This document shows, piece by piece, positions 1-9,074 of a stretch of 61,169 bases of DNA. The stretch lies in the IMG/VR virus record IMGVR_UViG_3300046758_000288, positions 1 to 61,169 of that record; one strand, written 5' to 3'. Made by a program: the position numbers and the translations under genes. The notes below the pieces were generated by a model. That model had not been told where the DNA came from. It made no database searches and saw nothing but the letters and a program-made list of their open reading frames with translations. The stretch comes from a virus (lineage: Duplodnaviria > Caudoviricetes). Position 1 is the stretch's first letter; every line of letters starts with the position of its first letter.

Positions 1-2
1 CA

Positions 3-191
3 ACAACGTGGGTGTTCGTAGGCTTACTTGCAGGTAGAGAACTAGCAATGGCTACTTACTTTGGTAAGCAAAAAACAAAGTCTATCTTTCCACTTGTGGC
101 AAAAGACTTTGGTAAGATGATGGTAGGGTTAGGTGCATCAGTTGCACTGGTACTTGCCATACACTATGTAATCCTACCAAACGGATTATAA
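3..191 (+). CDS. C-terminal part of a membrane protein, possibly phosphate/sulfate permease (PiT-like); truncated by window edge
   Basis: Open frame TTWVFVGLLAGRELAMATYFGK...GLGASVALVLAIHYVILPNGL*, hydrophobic; TTWVFxGLLAGRELA resembles marine permease-like proteins. Confidence 0.5.
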   Translation, partial: TTWVFVGLLAGRELAMATYFGKQKTKSIFPLVAKDFGKMMVGLGASVALVLAIHYVILPNGL

Positions 192-196
192 AATAA

Positions 197-230
197 GGGA
201 GGTGAGGTTCGACGGCTTCACCTTTTCTCT
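197..230 (+). terminator. Intrinsic terminator
   Basis: GGTGAGGTT-cgac-GGCTTCACC hairpin followed by TTTTCTCTT. Confidence 0.6.
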
Positions 231-258
231 TGACAAAAGTATCAAAGTCATATATACT
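230..258 (+). promoter_or_regulatory. sigma70-type promoter
   Basis: TTGACA-N17-TATACT upstream of prs. Confidence 0.8.
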
Positions 259-298
259 CTAACAATAATATAACTTTTAACCTAGAAGGGACCACCGT

Positions 299-1258
299 TT
301 GAAAATGAAAATAATAACAGGAAATGCTAATCCTCAATTAGCGCAAGAGATTGCCGAGCATTGCTTCGCAACTCTAGTTCCAGCAACAGTATCAACTTTT
401 GCTGATGGCGAGTCGAGTGTAGAGTTTAATGAAAACATACGTGGCGAAGATGTGTTTATTGTGCAGAGTACAGCAACTCCTGTTAATGACAGTTTAATGG
501 AACTGTTGATTATGATTGATGCGGCACGTAGATCAAGTGCAAGTCGTATCACAGCAGTTATTCCTTACTTTGGTTACGCAAGACAAGATCGTAAGAGTGC
601 AAGTCGTACTCCTATTACAGCAAAGTTGGTTGCTAATTTGTTGGTAACAGCAGGTGCAGATAGAATTCTTACAATGGATCTACACGCAGGACAGATACAG
701 GGTTTCTTTGACATCCCAGTGGATGATTTAACAAGCCGTGTAGTGTTTGCTAAAGACATTAGACGTTCAATTGGGATTATTGATGACCCAGATGTTGAGC
801 AACAAGGTACAGTGTTTGTATCACCAGATGCAGGTGGCGCAGTTCGTGCTAGAAAGTTTGCTGATATGTTTAATGGCGACATTGCTATTGTTGACAAGAT
901 GCGTCCTGAAGCAGGCAAGAGCGAAGTTATGAACTTGATCGGCGATGTTGAAGGTAAACACGCCATTCTAGTTGATGACATTATTGATAGCGGAGGTACA
1001 TTGTGTAAAGCCGCAGAAGCAATTATGAAAGCAGGTGCTCTTTCAGTTCGTGCATATATTACACACGGAGTACTGTCAGGCGAAGCATGTCAAAAAGTTG
1101 AGAAGAGTGTTCTAGATGAATTAGTAGTAACTGATTCAATTGCCGATCGCTGTCCTAAGAATTGCAAAAAGACACGACAGGTTAGTGTCGCGCCTTTGTT
1201 TGGTGAAGCAATTAGACGAGTTACAAACGAAGAGTCTGTGTCTAGTCTATTTGTTTAA
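299..1258 (+). CDS. prs: Ribose-phosphate pyrophosphokinase (PRPP synthetase)
   Basis: FADGE, PYFGYARQDR, DLHAGQIQGFF, VSPDAG, VDDIIDSGGTL motifs. Confidence 0.95.
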   Translation: MKMKIITGNANPQLAQEIAEHCFATLVPATVSTFADGESSVEFNENIRGEDVFIVQSTATPVNDSLMELLIMIDAARRSSASRITAVIPYFGYARQDRKSASRTPITAKLVANLLVTAGADRILTMDLHAGQIQGFFDIPVDDLTSRVVFAKDIRRSIGIIDDPDVEQQGTVFVSPDAGGAVRARKFADMFNGDIAIVDKMRPEAGKSEVMNLIGDVEGKHAILVDDIIDSGGTLCKAAEAIMKAGALSVRAYITHGVLSGEACQKVEKSVLDELVVTDSIADRCPKNCKKTRQVSVAPLFGEAIRRVTNEESVSSLFV

Positions 1259-2003
1259 TATGTTTAATGTACTCAGTCATTGAATGATCACCAAAGCTAT
1301 CTATCTTACCTTGCTTTAGGCCCATCCATATACCACGCCACTTGTCCTTAAAGCGTTGCCAACCAGTAGGCTTTCTATACTTGCCATAGGCATTTAGATA
1401 GTGTTCATTGCCGCAGTGTCTGTAACCCATAACAGTAAGAGGAACAGTAGTGACAATGTCATTATTGTTCTTCCAACGATGATGCACAGTACCAAAGCTC
1501 TTAACATATGTTGGCCAACCTACTCTTGGACTACCATAAGTATAAAGCTCTTCTGGGTCATTTAGATTACTATCACACTCGCAACGATTAGCCATAATAG
1601 TCGCCATTGCCGCTCCTAAACTATGACCACACATCCATAACTTCTTGCCTAAGTTTACTTTACGATTGATGTCTTCACATATCATAGGCCAAAGATCATC
1701 TACTTCGTCTTTGAATCCTCTATGGACTCTGCTTACAGTTTCGGCAATAACAGGAAATGCTTTTAAGTCTGCTTTAATATCATTAAACTCTGCAGGTTGG
1801 GTTCCGCGACACGCTATGACTAAATCTTCTTTGTTCATAAAGCGATATGCCTGGGCACCTTCCTTATTATAAAATTCAATTGTTGTAAAACCTAACTTTT
1901 TTGCTTGCTTTTTAACATCAGATGTGTTATTATTATAAGCTAATGCACTTAGTTCGGCAAACAACAAGGAACGCTGTTTAAAATTCATGTTTGTAATTGA
2001 CAT
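1242..2003 (-). CDS. Lipase class 3 family alpha/beta hydrolase
   Basis: CRGT, VHRGF, GHSLGAAMA nucleophile elbow, YTYGSPRVG, DIV, DHSM. Confidence 0.85.
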   Translation of the reverse strand: MSITNMNFKQRSLLFAELSALAYNNNTSDVKKQAKKLGFTTIEFYNKEGAQAYRFMNKEDLVIACRGTQPAEFNDIKADLKAFPVIAETVSRVHRGFKDEVDDLWPMICEDINRKVNLGKKLWMCGHSLGAAMATIMANRCECDSNLNDPEELYTYGSPRVGWPTYVKSFGTVHHRWKNNNDIVTTVPLTVMGYRHCGNEHYLNAYGKYRKPTGWQRFKDKWRGIWMGLKQGKIDSFGDHSMTEYIKHIKQID

Positions 2004-2089
2004 AATACTCCCTCATATAGTACAAGTTAACTCATGTACTGCAATATTTATTAATTTGAACGCTAAATAGTAATACGGAGAGTAGAGAT

Positions 2090-2353
2090 ATGAGAAAACG
2101 TACTAGAAGCATACTTGAAGAACTGAACAATTTAGATCGTTCTCGTAGAAGTCAAGACCATTTGATAGAAGCAAGTGGAAGCAACATCATTGAAAGTGCT
2201 ATTAATCTTTTAAATAAGATTTCAAAAACTTATGATGCAGATACAGCAAGTGAATTAGAAAGACGTTTTCTAAATAGTATTAGAACAGGCGATCCACGTA
2301 AATTTAAACGTAGTATTACAAAAGTAATTGAGAACAAACACAATGACCAATAA
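2090..2353 (+). CDS. Hypothetical protein (late)
   Basis: ORF with GGAG RBS, TAAATA at 2064. Confidence 0.7.
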   Translation: MRKRTRSILEELNNLDRSRRSQDHLIEASGSNIIESAINLLNKISKTYDADTASELERRFLNSIRTGDPRKFKRSITKVIENKHNDQ

Positions 2354-3248
2354 ATTGCTAGAAGGCGGATCTATGCCTAATGTAGGACCAATTCATATAG
2401 ATGAAATTAATCCTACTCTTGACGCACTAGAAAAAGATTTAGGTATTGACCTAAAGAACAATGTTCTAGGTAGTGTTGGAAAGAAAGAATTCAGCGGCGA
2501 CATTGATGTTGCCATACAAGTTGCACCAGAAGATATTCCAGAACTAATTAAAAAGTTAGAAGCTAGTTCATTAATTAAAGCTCTTCAAAAAACTAGTATT
2601 ATAATGACAAGTGTTGATATTATTGGGTTTGATCCTAACAAACAAAGTGATGATCCAAAACACGGCGAGCGAACAGGCACAGTACAGGTAGACTTTATGC
2701 CAGGCGACCCAGGTTGGATGAAAACTTATTACCACTCACCAAGTGCCGACGAAAGCAAATACAAAGGTGTGTTCCGTAACATTATGATTGCTACTATTTG
2801 TGCAATTTACCAACGTGATGCATCAGAAGAAAAGATTGACGATGGTCGTCCTGTAGAAGTAGAGCGTTGGATGTGGGCACCAGACAAAGGCTTAGTAAGA
2901 ATTAAACGTGTACCAAAACCTAAAGCAAAGGGCGACGGGTATACAAAAGCAAATTTAAACACAGTAATTGGGAATCCAATTCAAACAGCACCAGAAATTG
3001 CAAAAGCATTAGGTCTTAACGGACCAGAAGATTTAAACTCATACGAAAGTTTAAAAGCCGCAATTGAAAAAAATTATGCACCGGAGATGGTTGAAAAGAT
3101 TTTAGATAGTTTTGCAGATAATAAACAAGTGCAAGACATTGGCGTGCCAGATGATTTAGTTAAACAAGAAAGTTTAGCTGATGTACAACTTGAGCGTATT
3201 AAAGAACTAAGTGGTACCTTGTTAAACAGTACAAGGATGATTTGTTAA
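2343..3248 (+). CDS. Pol-beta superfamily nucleotidyltransferase-like protein
   Basis: LGSVGKKEFSGDIDVA (GS..DxD) and VQVDFM third Asp. Confidence 0.7.
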   Translation: MTNKLLEGGSMPNVGPIHIDEINPTLDALEKDLGIDLKNNVLGSVGKKEFSGDIDVAIQVAPEDIPELIKKLEASSLIKALQKTSIIMTSVDIIGFDPNKQSDDPKHGERTGTVQVDFMPGDPGWMKTYYHSPSADESKYKGVFRNIMIATICAIYQRDASEEKIDDGRPVEVERWMWAPDKGLVRIKRVPKPKAKGDGYTKANLNTVIGNPIQTAPEIAKALGLNGPEDLNSYESLKAAIEKNYAPEMVEKILDSFADNKQVQDIGVPDDLVKQESLADVQLERIKELSGTLLNSTRMIC

Positions 3249-4480
3249 TGAGATACACAGATTTTAAACTTGTAGAACGTAAGCAAAAAACTGGCAGTGC
3301 AGGACAAGCCAAAGGCAAAGATCCAATGCCAAAAGCAACACCAGGACGTAAAAAGCATCCACTACAAGATAAACTAGTAGGCGAAGCAATAGTCAACGAA
3401 GCAGAAGCTCGTATACAACACATGGAAGACTTAGTTTTCCGTGAAGGATCGCAAGGTGCAGTACGTGCTATTGAAAGTTTAAAAAGTTTAGAACAAGGTT
3501 CACATAAAGATGTAACAATTAAATGGGACGGCTCACCGGCTGTAATATTTGGACGTGACGCAGATGGTAACTTTGTTTTTACAGATAAGTCAGGCTTCAG
3601 TGCAAAAGGATACGATGGCAAAGCCAAATCAGCAAAAGAACTAGCACAGATGTTAAAGAACCGTCCAGGCTATGCAAAGAATCCAGAAGGGTATGGCCCA
3701 TTCATTGCTAACATGGTAGACGTGTACGACGAGTATGAAAAAGCAGTTCCTAAAGACTACAGAGGATTCTTTAAAGGTGACTTGTTATATTTTAACACAC
3801 CTGAAATACAAGACGGGCATTATGTGTTTACGCCAAACATTGTAACTTATTCAGTAAAACAAGACAGTGACATTGGCAAGCGTATTGGAATGAGCAAGAC
3901 TGGAATTGTTATACATAGAGAAGCAGACATATCAGGTGCTGAAGGACCATTAAGAGATACAAACATATTTCAAGGTAATGAAGTATTAGTGTTGCCACCG
4001 GTAGTAGCACAAGAACCGCCAAGTGTTGACGACTCACAACTTAAAACATTACAAGCAATGGTAACAAAGCACGGTCCTTCAATTGATGCTATACTTGAAA
4101 AGAGACAAGGACTATCAGACTTGTCACAAATATTTTATACCTATATGAATTCAAGAGTTGATTCAGGTATTAAAAACTTAGCACAAGACTTTGCAGGTTG
4201 GCTTGCAACATCTAAAGTCAGTAAGCCTAAACAACAAAAGGTTATTGAGATAATTAATAACAATGTTGAAGGGTTTAATGCTATGTGGGATCTAGTACAT
4301 GGAATAATGAAAGTTAAAGACAACATTATTAATCAACTAGAAGATCAAGAAGCTGATATTACGGCTACTATCAAAGGTGAAAAGGGCGGCGAAGGCTATG
4401 TACTTGCACATCCAGGGGGCGATATTAAACTTGTTCCTAGAGAATTTTTTACAAAACACAACAGAGCAGTGGAGAGATAA
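3248..4480 (+). CDS. Ligase-fold nucleotidyltransferase (DUF6267-like), probably virion-associated
   Basis: HMEDLVF, TIKWDGSPA (KxDG motif I), FKGDLL, GEGYVL (motif IV), IKLV (motif V). Confidence 0.6.
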   Translation: MRYTDFKLVERKQKTGSAGQAKGKDPMPKATPGRKKHPLQDKLVGEAIVNEAEARIQHMEDLVFREGSQGAVRAIESLKSLEQGSHKDVTIKWDGSPAVIFGRDADGNFVFTDKSGFSAKGYDGKAKSAKELAQMLKNRPGYAKNPEGYGPFIANMVDVYDEYEKAVPKDYRGFFKGDLLYFNTPEIQDGHYVFTPNIVTYSVKQDSDIGKRIGMSKTGIVIHREADISGAEGPLRDTNIFQGNEVLVLPPVVAQEPPSVDDSQLKTLQAMVTKHGPSIDAILEKRQGLSDLSQIFYTYMNSRVDSGIKNLAQDFAGWLATSKVSKPKQQKVIEIINNNVEGFNAMWDLVHGIMKVKDNIINQLEDQEADITATIKGEKGGEGYVLAHPGGDIKLVPREFFTKHNRAVER

Positions 4481-4915
4481 ATGAAAAACTACATGAAAGA
4501 ATATGAAGCACATCTTAATGATATTACTAAAGATGTACTTGACGAAGGCTTTGAATCTTCGCCATTAGAAAAGAAATTAGCCAAGTACGGCAGAATACTA
4601 ATGGACCAGGCAGTGACACAAAAAGATGATGCACTATCAAACTTAATGTCAAAAGTTGGTGATCAACTTACAAACTATGGCACAACTTATGGTGCAAGCA
4701 GTTTGGAAGATCTAGTAAAGAAAACTGGAGCAACACCAAATGTAATTAAAAAGATGTTAGCATTTGCTGAGAAGATTGCACAAACTACCGGCGACTTCAA
4801 AGCAGATCATAAAGATGGCGGACTAGATGACGAAGGCGATGATGATTTTACATCAGGTGCTGACGACGAAATGGATGCAATGGCAGCAGATCAAGCGGCA
4901 AGAGACAAAATGTAA
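4481..4915 (+). CDS. Hypothetical protein, acidic C-terminus
   Basis: ORF in coupled cluster, GGAG RBS. Confidence 0.7.
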   Translation: MKNYMKEYEAHLNDITKDVLDEGFESSPLEKKLAKYGRILMDQAVTQKDDALSNLMSKVGDQLTNYGTTYGASSLEDLVKKTGATPNVIKKMLAFAEKIAQTTGDFKADHKDGGLDDEGDDDFTSGADDEMDAMAADQAARDKM

Positions 4916-5268
4916 TGGAGTTTATCCAAGCTATAGAAAACGGTTCAGAAATACTTCTAGACGATGACATCAAACAAATGATTGAAAGTTTAGACTTAGA
5001 AAACCTTGACGAAGATGCGTTAGATAGAATTGAACAACGTGTAAGTCAGCGTGAAATTGCTCTGTACGGTTTCCTTGTAGGCAAGTCTAATGCATTAAAA
5101 GCTAAACTTGCAGTTGATAAGATACAAGCAGGCCAAACTGTGCCAACTAATATAGCAAATGGATACAAACCAGCTGTTGAAATGATACATGATATTGTAA
5201 AAGCAGGTCCTGGATACATAAATCTACTAAAAAGCCTACATCAACGAGCCAAAAGAGCATCTAATTAG
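4915..5268 (+). CDS. Hypothetical protein
   Basis: TAATG overlap with upstream gene. Confidence 0.7.
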   Translation: MEFIQAIENGSEILLDDDIKQMIESLDLENLDEDALDRIEQRVSQREIALYGFLVGKSNALKAKLAVDKIQAGQTVPTNIANGYKPAVEMIHDIVKAGPGYINLLKSLHQRAKRASN

Positions 5269-5353
5269 GGTATTTTTTGTCTAAATGGTAAATACATATG
5301 TATAACTTTACAGAGAGTAGAGTTGACCATTTAGAGAAAACAGGAGAAATAAA

Positions 5354-5605
5354 ATGGCAGTAGTATCAAACCCAAATGCGGCAGTAGTTGCAAAGAGTGG
5401 CATTGGCCCAACAACATACATCTATGCAGTAGCAACTGGAACAATTACAGTAGCGGCAGCATGTGATTCAATCACTACAACATACGGCGGAACAATCGCT
5501 GGTGTTGAAGGTACAGCAGACGGCAACCACGTTGCAGTACAAGGTGGGCCAGGTGGCGCAGAAGCAGTTAGTGGAATTTCACTAGTAGCAACATTTGCCG
5601 CTTAA
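5354..5605 (+). CDS. Small Ala/Gly/Thr-rich protein, probably structural
   Basis: AGGAG RBS, TAAATA upstream, own terminator. Confidence 0.65.
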   Translation: MAVVSNPNAAVVAKSGIGPTTYIYAVATGTITVAAACDSITTTYGGTIAGVEGTADGNHVAVQGGPGGAEAVSGISLVATFAA

Positions 5606-5626
5606 TTAACCTAATACCTTAGGACT

Positions 5627-5658
5627 AAAGGGTTCAGTTTTTACTGGACCCTTTTTTT
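5627..5658 (+). terminator. Intrinsic terminator
   Basis: AAAGGGTTCAGT/ACTGGACCCTTT hairpin + T run. Confidence 0.8.
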
Positions 5659-5675
5659 ATGACTGTAAATACAGT

Positions 5676-6068
5676 ATGAAATTTACTATCCAAACATTGA
5701 TAGACGTTACTAAGACAGATGTACGTAGACACGAGCATCCTAAACTTGTCAATCAACAAGCAAACTTTAATACCTTATACAATACACTTGGATTAAGAAC
5801 TAATCCAGATAGATTTACTGTTACTAATGAAAAAGTTGCAGTAGCAAATTTAGGATTCGGAAGTGAGTACAAAAACAAGCAAATGGTTTGGACCGTTGAC
5901 TTTGAAGTTGAACAGATAGATTCAACTAATACTGATTTAATGATTGAAGATTTTCATATGGTTCCGATTATTGCAGGTTTAGACGAAACTATTAAATTAA
6001 AGAATAAGATGTTTGTCACATTAGATAATAAATTTACTAATATATTATTTGAGCGTACGGATAAATAA
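5676..6068 (+). CDS. Hypothetical protein (leaderless late gene candidate)
   Basis: TAAATA-N4-ATG. Confidence 0.7.
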   Translation: MKFTIQTLIDVTKTDVRRHEHPKLVNQQANFNTLYNTLGLRTNPDRFTVTNEKVAVANLGFGSEYKNKQMVWTVDFEVEQIDSTNTDLMIEDFHMVPIIAGLDETIKLKNKMFVTLDNKFTNILFERTDK

Positions 6069-6148
6069 CAGTGTACAAGGCAACTAATATAATACAACTT
6101 TAGGCATATGAAGGGCAACGTAGGAGTTTACTTTAACGGAGGAGTATT

Positions 6149-6388
6149 ATGGCGGATTTGCCAACTACAGATTTAGAAAGACAAAGTTTAGAAGCACACG
6201 TAGACTTATGCGCTTTGCGTTATGCCGCGTTGGATAAGCGTCTTATCACAGTCGAAGAAAAGATGGAACACATCCATCAAGATATTATTAACGGTCAATC
6301 ATCAATGACAAAAGTCTTAATTGGTACAGCAGGTACTATTATTGCAGGACTTTTATCTACTGTAATCGTAATAGTAATGCAGATGTAA
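6149..6388 (+). CDS. Small coiled-coil protein with C-terminal TM helix
   Basis: GGAGGAG RBS; LEAHVDLCALRY...hydrophobic tail. Confidence 0.7.
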   Translation: MADLPTTDLERQSLEAHVDLCALRYAALDKRLITVEEKMEHIHQDIINGQSSMTKVLIGTAGTIIAGLLSTVIVIVMQM

Positions 6389-6409
6389 TACTTGGAGCTA
6401 AATAGAAAC

Positions 6410-6697
6410 ATGCTATTAAGAGAGTTTTATACACAACCAACCCAAATAGACGAGAAACAAGTGTGGGCACGTTCAGGAAAGAACGTGGTGCGCAAGTATC
6501 GTTGTACTAGTGGCCGTAGAAAAGGTCGTGTAGTAGCAAAAATGTCACAGTGCTTTGCCGCTCCAAACATGAAACAAAGCAAAGTACTAAAAGTTATGAA
6601 AGCAAGACTTGGACCTAGACTAGCTAAAAAGATTAAACGTACAAAACGAATTAATCCTGCTAGTAAAAGAGTACAAGCATTGAACAAAAGAAGATAA
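6410..6697 (+). CDS. Basic hypothetical protein, likely virion
   Basis: MLLREF N-terminus; K/R rich; TAAATA-N5-ATG. Confidence 0.7.
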   Translation: MLLREFYTQPTQIDEKQVWARSGKNVVRKYRCTSGRRKGRVVAKMSQCFAAPNMKQSKVLKVMKARLGPRLAKKIKRTKRINPASKRVQALNKRR

Positions 6698-6699
6698 AA

Positions 6700-6942
6700 A
6701 TGAAAGTTTTCGAAGTCACACAAGCAAAGGTAAGCAGAGCACAGGGCAACGAAGTTGAGTTAGATCATGGTGATGGAACCAAGACCGTAATTGATACTAA
6801 GAAAAATCCTCAAGCAATCCAGCGTGACCAACAAGGAAAACTTAAAGTTACCAAGCCAAGCAACAGCTCAATGAAGCAAGGTAACAACAACCAACCCCGA
6901 ACACCTCGCCCAGGCGAGAAAATAGATATAGAAACTGATTAG
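6700..6942 (+). CDS. Hypothetical protein
   Basis: MKVFEV N-terminus, packed cluster. Confidence 0.65.
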   Translation: MKVFEVTQAKVSRAQGNEVELDHGDGTKTVIDTKKNPQAIQRDQQGKLKVTKPSNSSMKQGNNNQPRTPRPGEKIDIETD

Positions 6943-6944
6943 TA

Positions 6945-7154
6945 ATGAAGATCAACGAACTAATAAATTCGTTTGAAATTTTTATTACGAATGAAGAGCG
7001 AAGTATTTACGAAACTATGAACGAGAAATCGGCATTAGCTCAGTTTAATGAGAGAGAACAATTCATTATTCAGAACCTAATAAGAAAGAGTTTAGTAAGT
7101 AAAGTTATATCTAACGGACAGGTACTGGTTGTAAAAAATGATCACAAAATCTAA
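6945..7154 (+). CDS. Hypothetical protein
   Basis: MKINELI N-terminus. Confidence 0.65.
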   Translation: MKINELINSFEIFITNEERSIYETMNEKSALAQFNEREQFIIQNLIRKSLVSKVISNGQVLVVKNDHKI

Positions 7155-7572
7155 GAATCTTCTTAGCGATTTAGAAAAAATCGTTAATGCGTCTATTGAT
7201 CCTTCGATGTTTCCTTATAAAAAAGGCAACTCGATAAGAATAGGAAAGTACGCAATACGAACAACAAAGTACGGACATAAAGTATTTGACTGTGAACTAA
7301 ACTGTATGATAGCAGAAACGTTCTCAAAAACTGCGGCAGTAGCACTAGCAAAGTATACATCGCAACACGAAGAAGACAGATCAGCACATGAATGTATTCT
7401 TAGGATAGATCGAAAGGTTGAAAAATGGTATAATGATTGTATGTTTTATCGCAATACTATACAACAAACAGATGATCCAATAAAAGCAGATGTTGCACAT
7501 ACTAGATATGATATTGCTAAAACAGAAACGGAACATGCCCGGAGTCAATTAGATAAATACATTTATAGCTAA
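7138..7572 (+). CDS. Hypothetical protein
   Basis: Overlapping ORF in cluster. Confidence 0.65.
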   Translation: MITKSKNLLSDLEKIVNASIDPSMFPYKKGNSIRIGKYAIRTTKYGHKVFDCELNCMIAETFSKTAAVALAKYTSQHEEDRSAHECILRIDRKVEKWYNDCMFYRNTIQQTDDPIKADVAHTRYDIAKTETEHARSQLDKYIYS

Positions 7573-7626
7573 AGTAGTTAAAAAGGCTAAATAAATTATA
7601 AAGCATAATACATTAGGAAGAATGTA

Positions 7627-8640
7627 ATGAACATAAGAGAAATTTCAAAACCAGTTACAGCAAAGAGCTTGAACGAAAGCCTTGCGAAGAAGTTTGGCCA
7701 GAAGCTAAACTTAGAAGCATATACGATAGAACAATTAGAAGACGTAAGAAATAAAATGCGTACTAAGATTTTCAATGTTGAAACAAATGAAAGTTTTGAC
7801 AGTGTACGAAATGAAGCATATCAAAAGTCAAAACTCTTCCTAGACGTATTGAATGCAGAAATAGCAGAGCGTGAGGAGCGCAACGTAAACGAAGCCAAAG
7901 CGGGATATTGTTCCGATGATTGCTGTGGTGCAGACGTAAAAGCAGAAGATTGCACATGTAAACCAACATGTGAAAGTTGCGATTGCAATTCAGTAAAAGA
8001 ATCAGCTAAGCCTGATTACATCGATATTGACAAAGATGGCGACAAGAAAGAGCCTATGAAGAAAGCAGTAAAAGACGCCAAAAAAGATAAGAAAACAGAC
8101 GAAGGCGCATACGGCAAGAAAAAGAAAAAAGTAAAAGAAGGCAAAGAAGACGAAGCAGAACTAGTAATGGCAGCCAAAGACATGGTAGACCGTGTTACAG
8201 GTTGGATGGAAGACACAGCAGAAATGCAAACTGAATCCATGCTAGAACTAGCAGACGCTATTCGTGACGAACATGGTCAAGAAAAAGCAGATCAGTTTTC
8301 GCAATCAGTTAAACCGTCGCTAGAAGGCATGTATGAAGCAATGGAAGCATGTCGTGGCACATTAACTGCTGGCGTACAAATACTAACTGGTGAAGGCGCA
8401 GGCGATATGATGATGGGCGATGAACCAGCAATGGACATGGAGCCAACTACTGATGATGACACAGTCGGCGGCGACTTAGACTTAGCTCTAGATAACGATG
8501 ACGAGTTTGCGGCAGCGGCACCAGCCGCAGGTGGCGAAGATGAAGCAGGTCGTGCTAAGAGAGAATCAAAACTACATAAGAAAAAATCCATTGTAGAGAG
8601 AAGTCGCAAATTAGGTACCATTCTTTCAAAAAAAAAATAA
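7627..8640 (+). CDS. Acidic late protein (prohead core/scaffold-like); probable -1 frameshift extension to 9011
   Basis: TAAATA and AGGA upstream; many xxE sites; ends TCA AAA AAA AAA TAA. Confidence 0.7.
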   Translation: MNIREISKPVTAKSLNESLAKKFGQKLNLEAYTIEQLEDVRNKMRTKIFNVETNESFDSVRNEAYQKSKLFLDVLNAEIAEREERNVNEAKAGYCSDDCCGADVKAEDCTCKPTCESCDCNSVKESAKPDYIDIDKDGDKKEPMKKAVKDAKKDKKTDEGAYGKKKKKVKEGKEDEAELVMAAKDMVDRVTGWMEDTAEMQTESMLELADAIRDEHGQEKADQFSQSVKPSLEGMYEAMEACRGTLTAGVQILTGEGAGDMMMGDEPAMDMEPTTDDDTVGGDLDLALDNDDEFAAAAPAAGGEDEAGRAKRESKLHKKKSIVERSRKLGTILSKKK

Positions 8641-9011
8641 GTGAGAATATTGACTCGCAGAAGTTGATACAAGTCTTGCGAACAGTAATAGGCAGTGCGG
8701 ATACTACTAAACAATCTGTCTTTTTACACTTCAATACTCCAACTACAAATACCAAATCTGGTATGAAGAACTTAGATCTAAACAAACTAATGCAAAATGT
8801 AGGCGCAGAGCAATTTGACTACGAAACATTTAAGTCAGCATACGACAGCGATCCAAGAATTAAAACAATGGTCAAAGACTTTAATCAAGATGGCATTGAA
8901 CCAATGACTGCTATGAATAAAAGTCACCGCGATCCAAGTAAGCCAGATACAGGTGCTGACCCAGTTAGTACAATGGCTAAACGTGCTACAGACGTAGGCG
9001 CCAAACTTTAA
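8637..9011 (+). CDS. -1 frame ORF, likely the C-terminal part of a frameshift fusion with 7627
   Basis: Frame open from the A10 run; only a weak TTG start at 8664, no clear SD. Confidence 0.6.
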   Translation: MSENIDSQKLIQVLRTVIGSADTTKQSVFLHFNTPTTNTKSGMKNLDLNKLMQNVGAEQFDYETFKSAYDSDPRIKTMVKDFNQDGIEPMTAMNKSHRDPSKPDTGADPVSTMAKRATDVGAKL

Positions 9012-9022
9012 TCAATAACTAC

Positions 9023-9051
9023 TTGACAAAATTACAACTTTAGTATATACT
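9023..9051 (+). promoter_or_regulatory. sigma70-type promoter
   Basis: TTGACA-N17-TATACT. Confidence 0.8.
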
Positions 9052-9074
9052 ATAAGTTGAATGAGGAATTTATA

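Noticed and set aside
299-1258. Prs as the ADPR-PP synthetase of a phage NAD+ reconstitution pathway
   Set aside because: Sequence looks like canonical class I Prs and no nicotinamide ADPR-transferase or Nampt partner is adjacent in the window.
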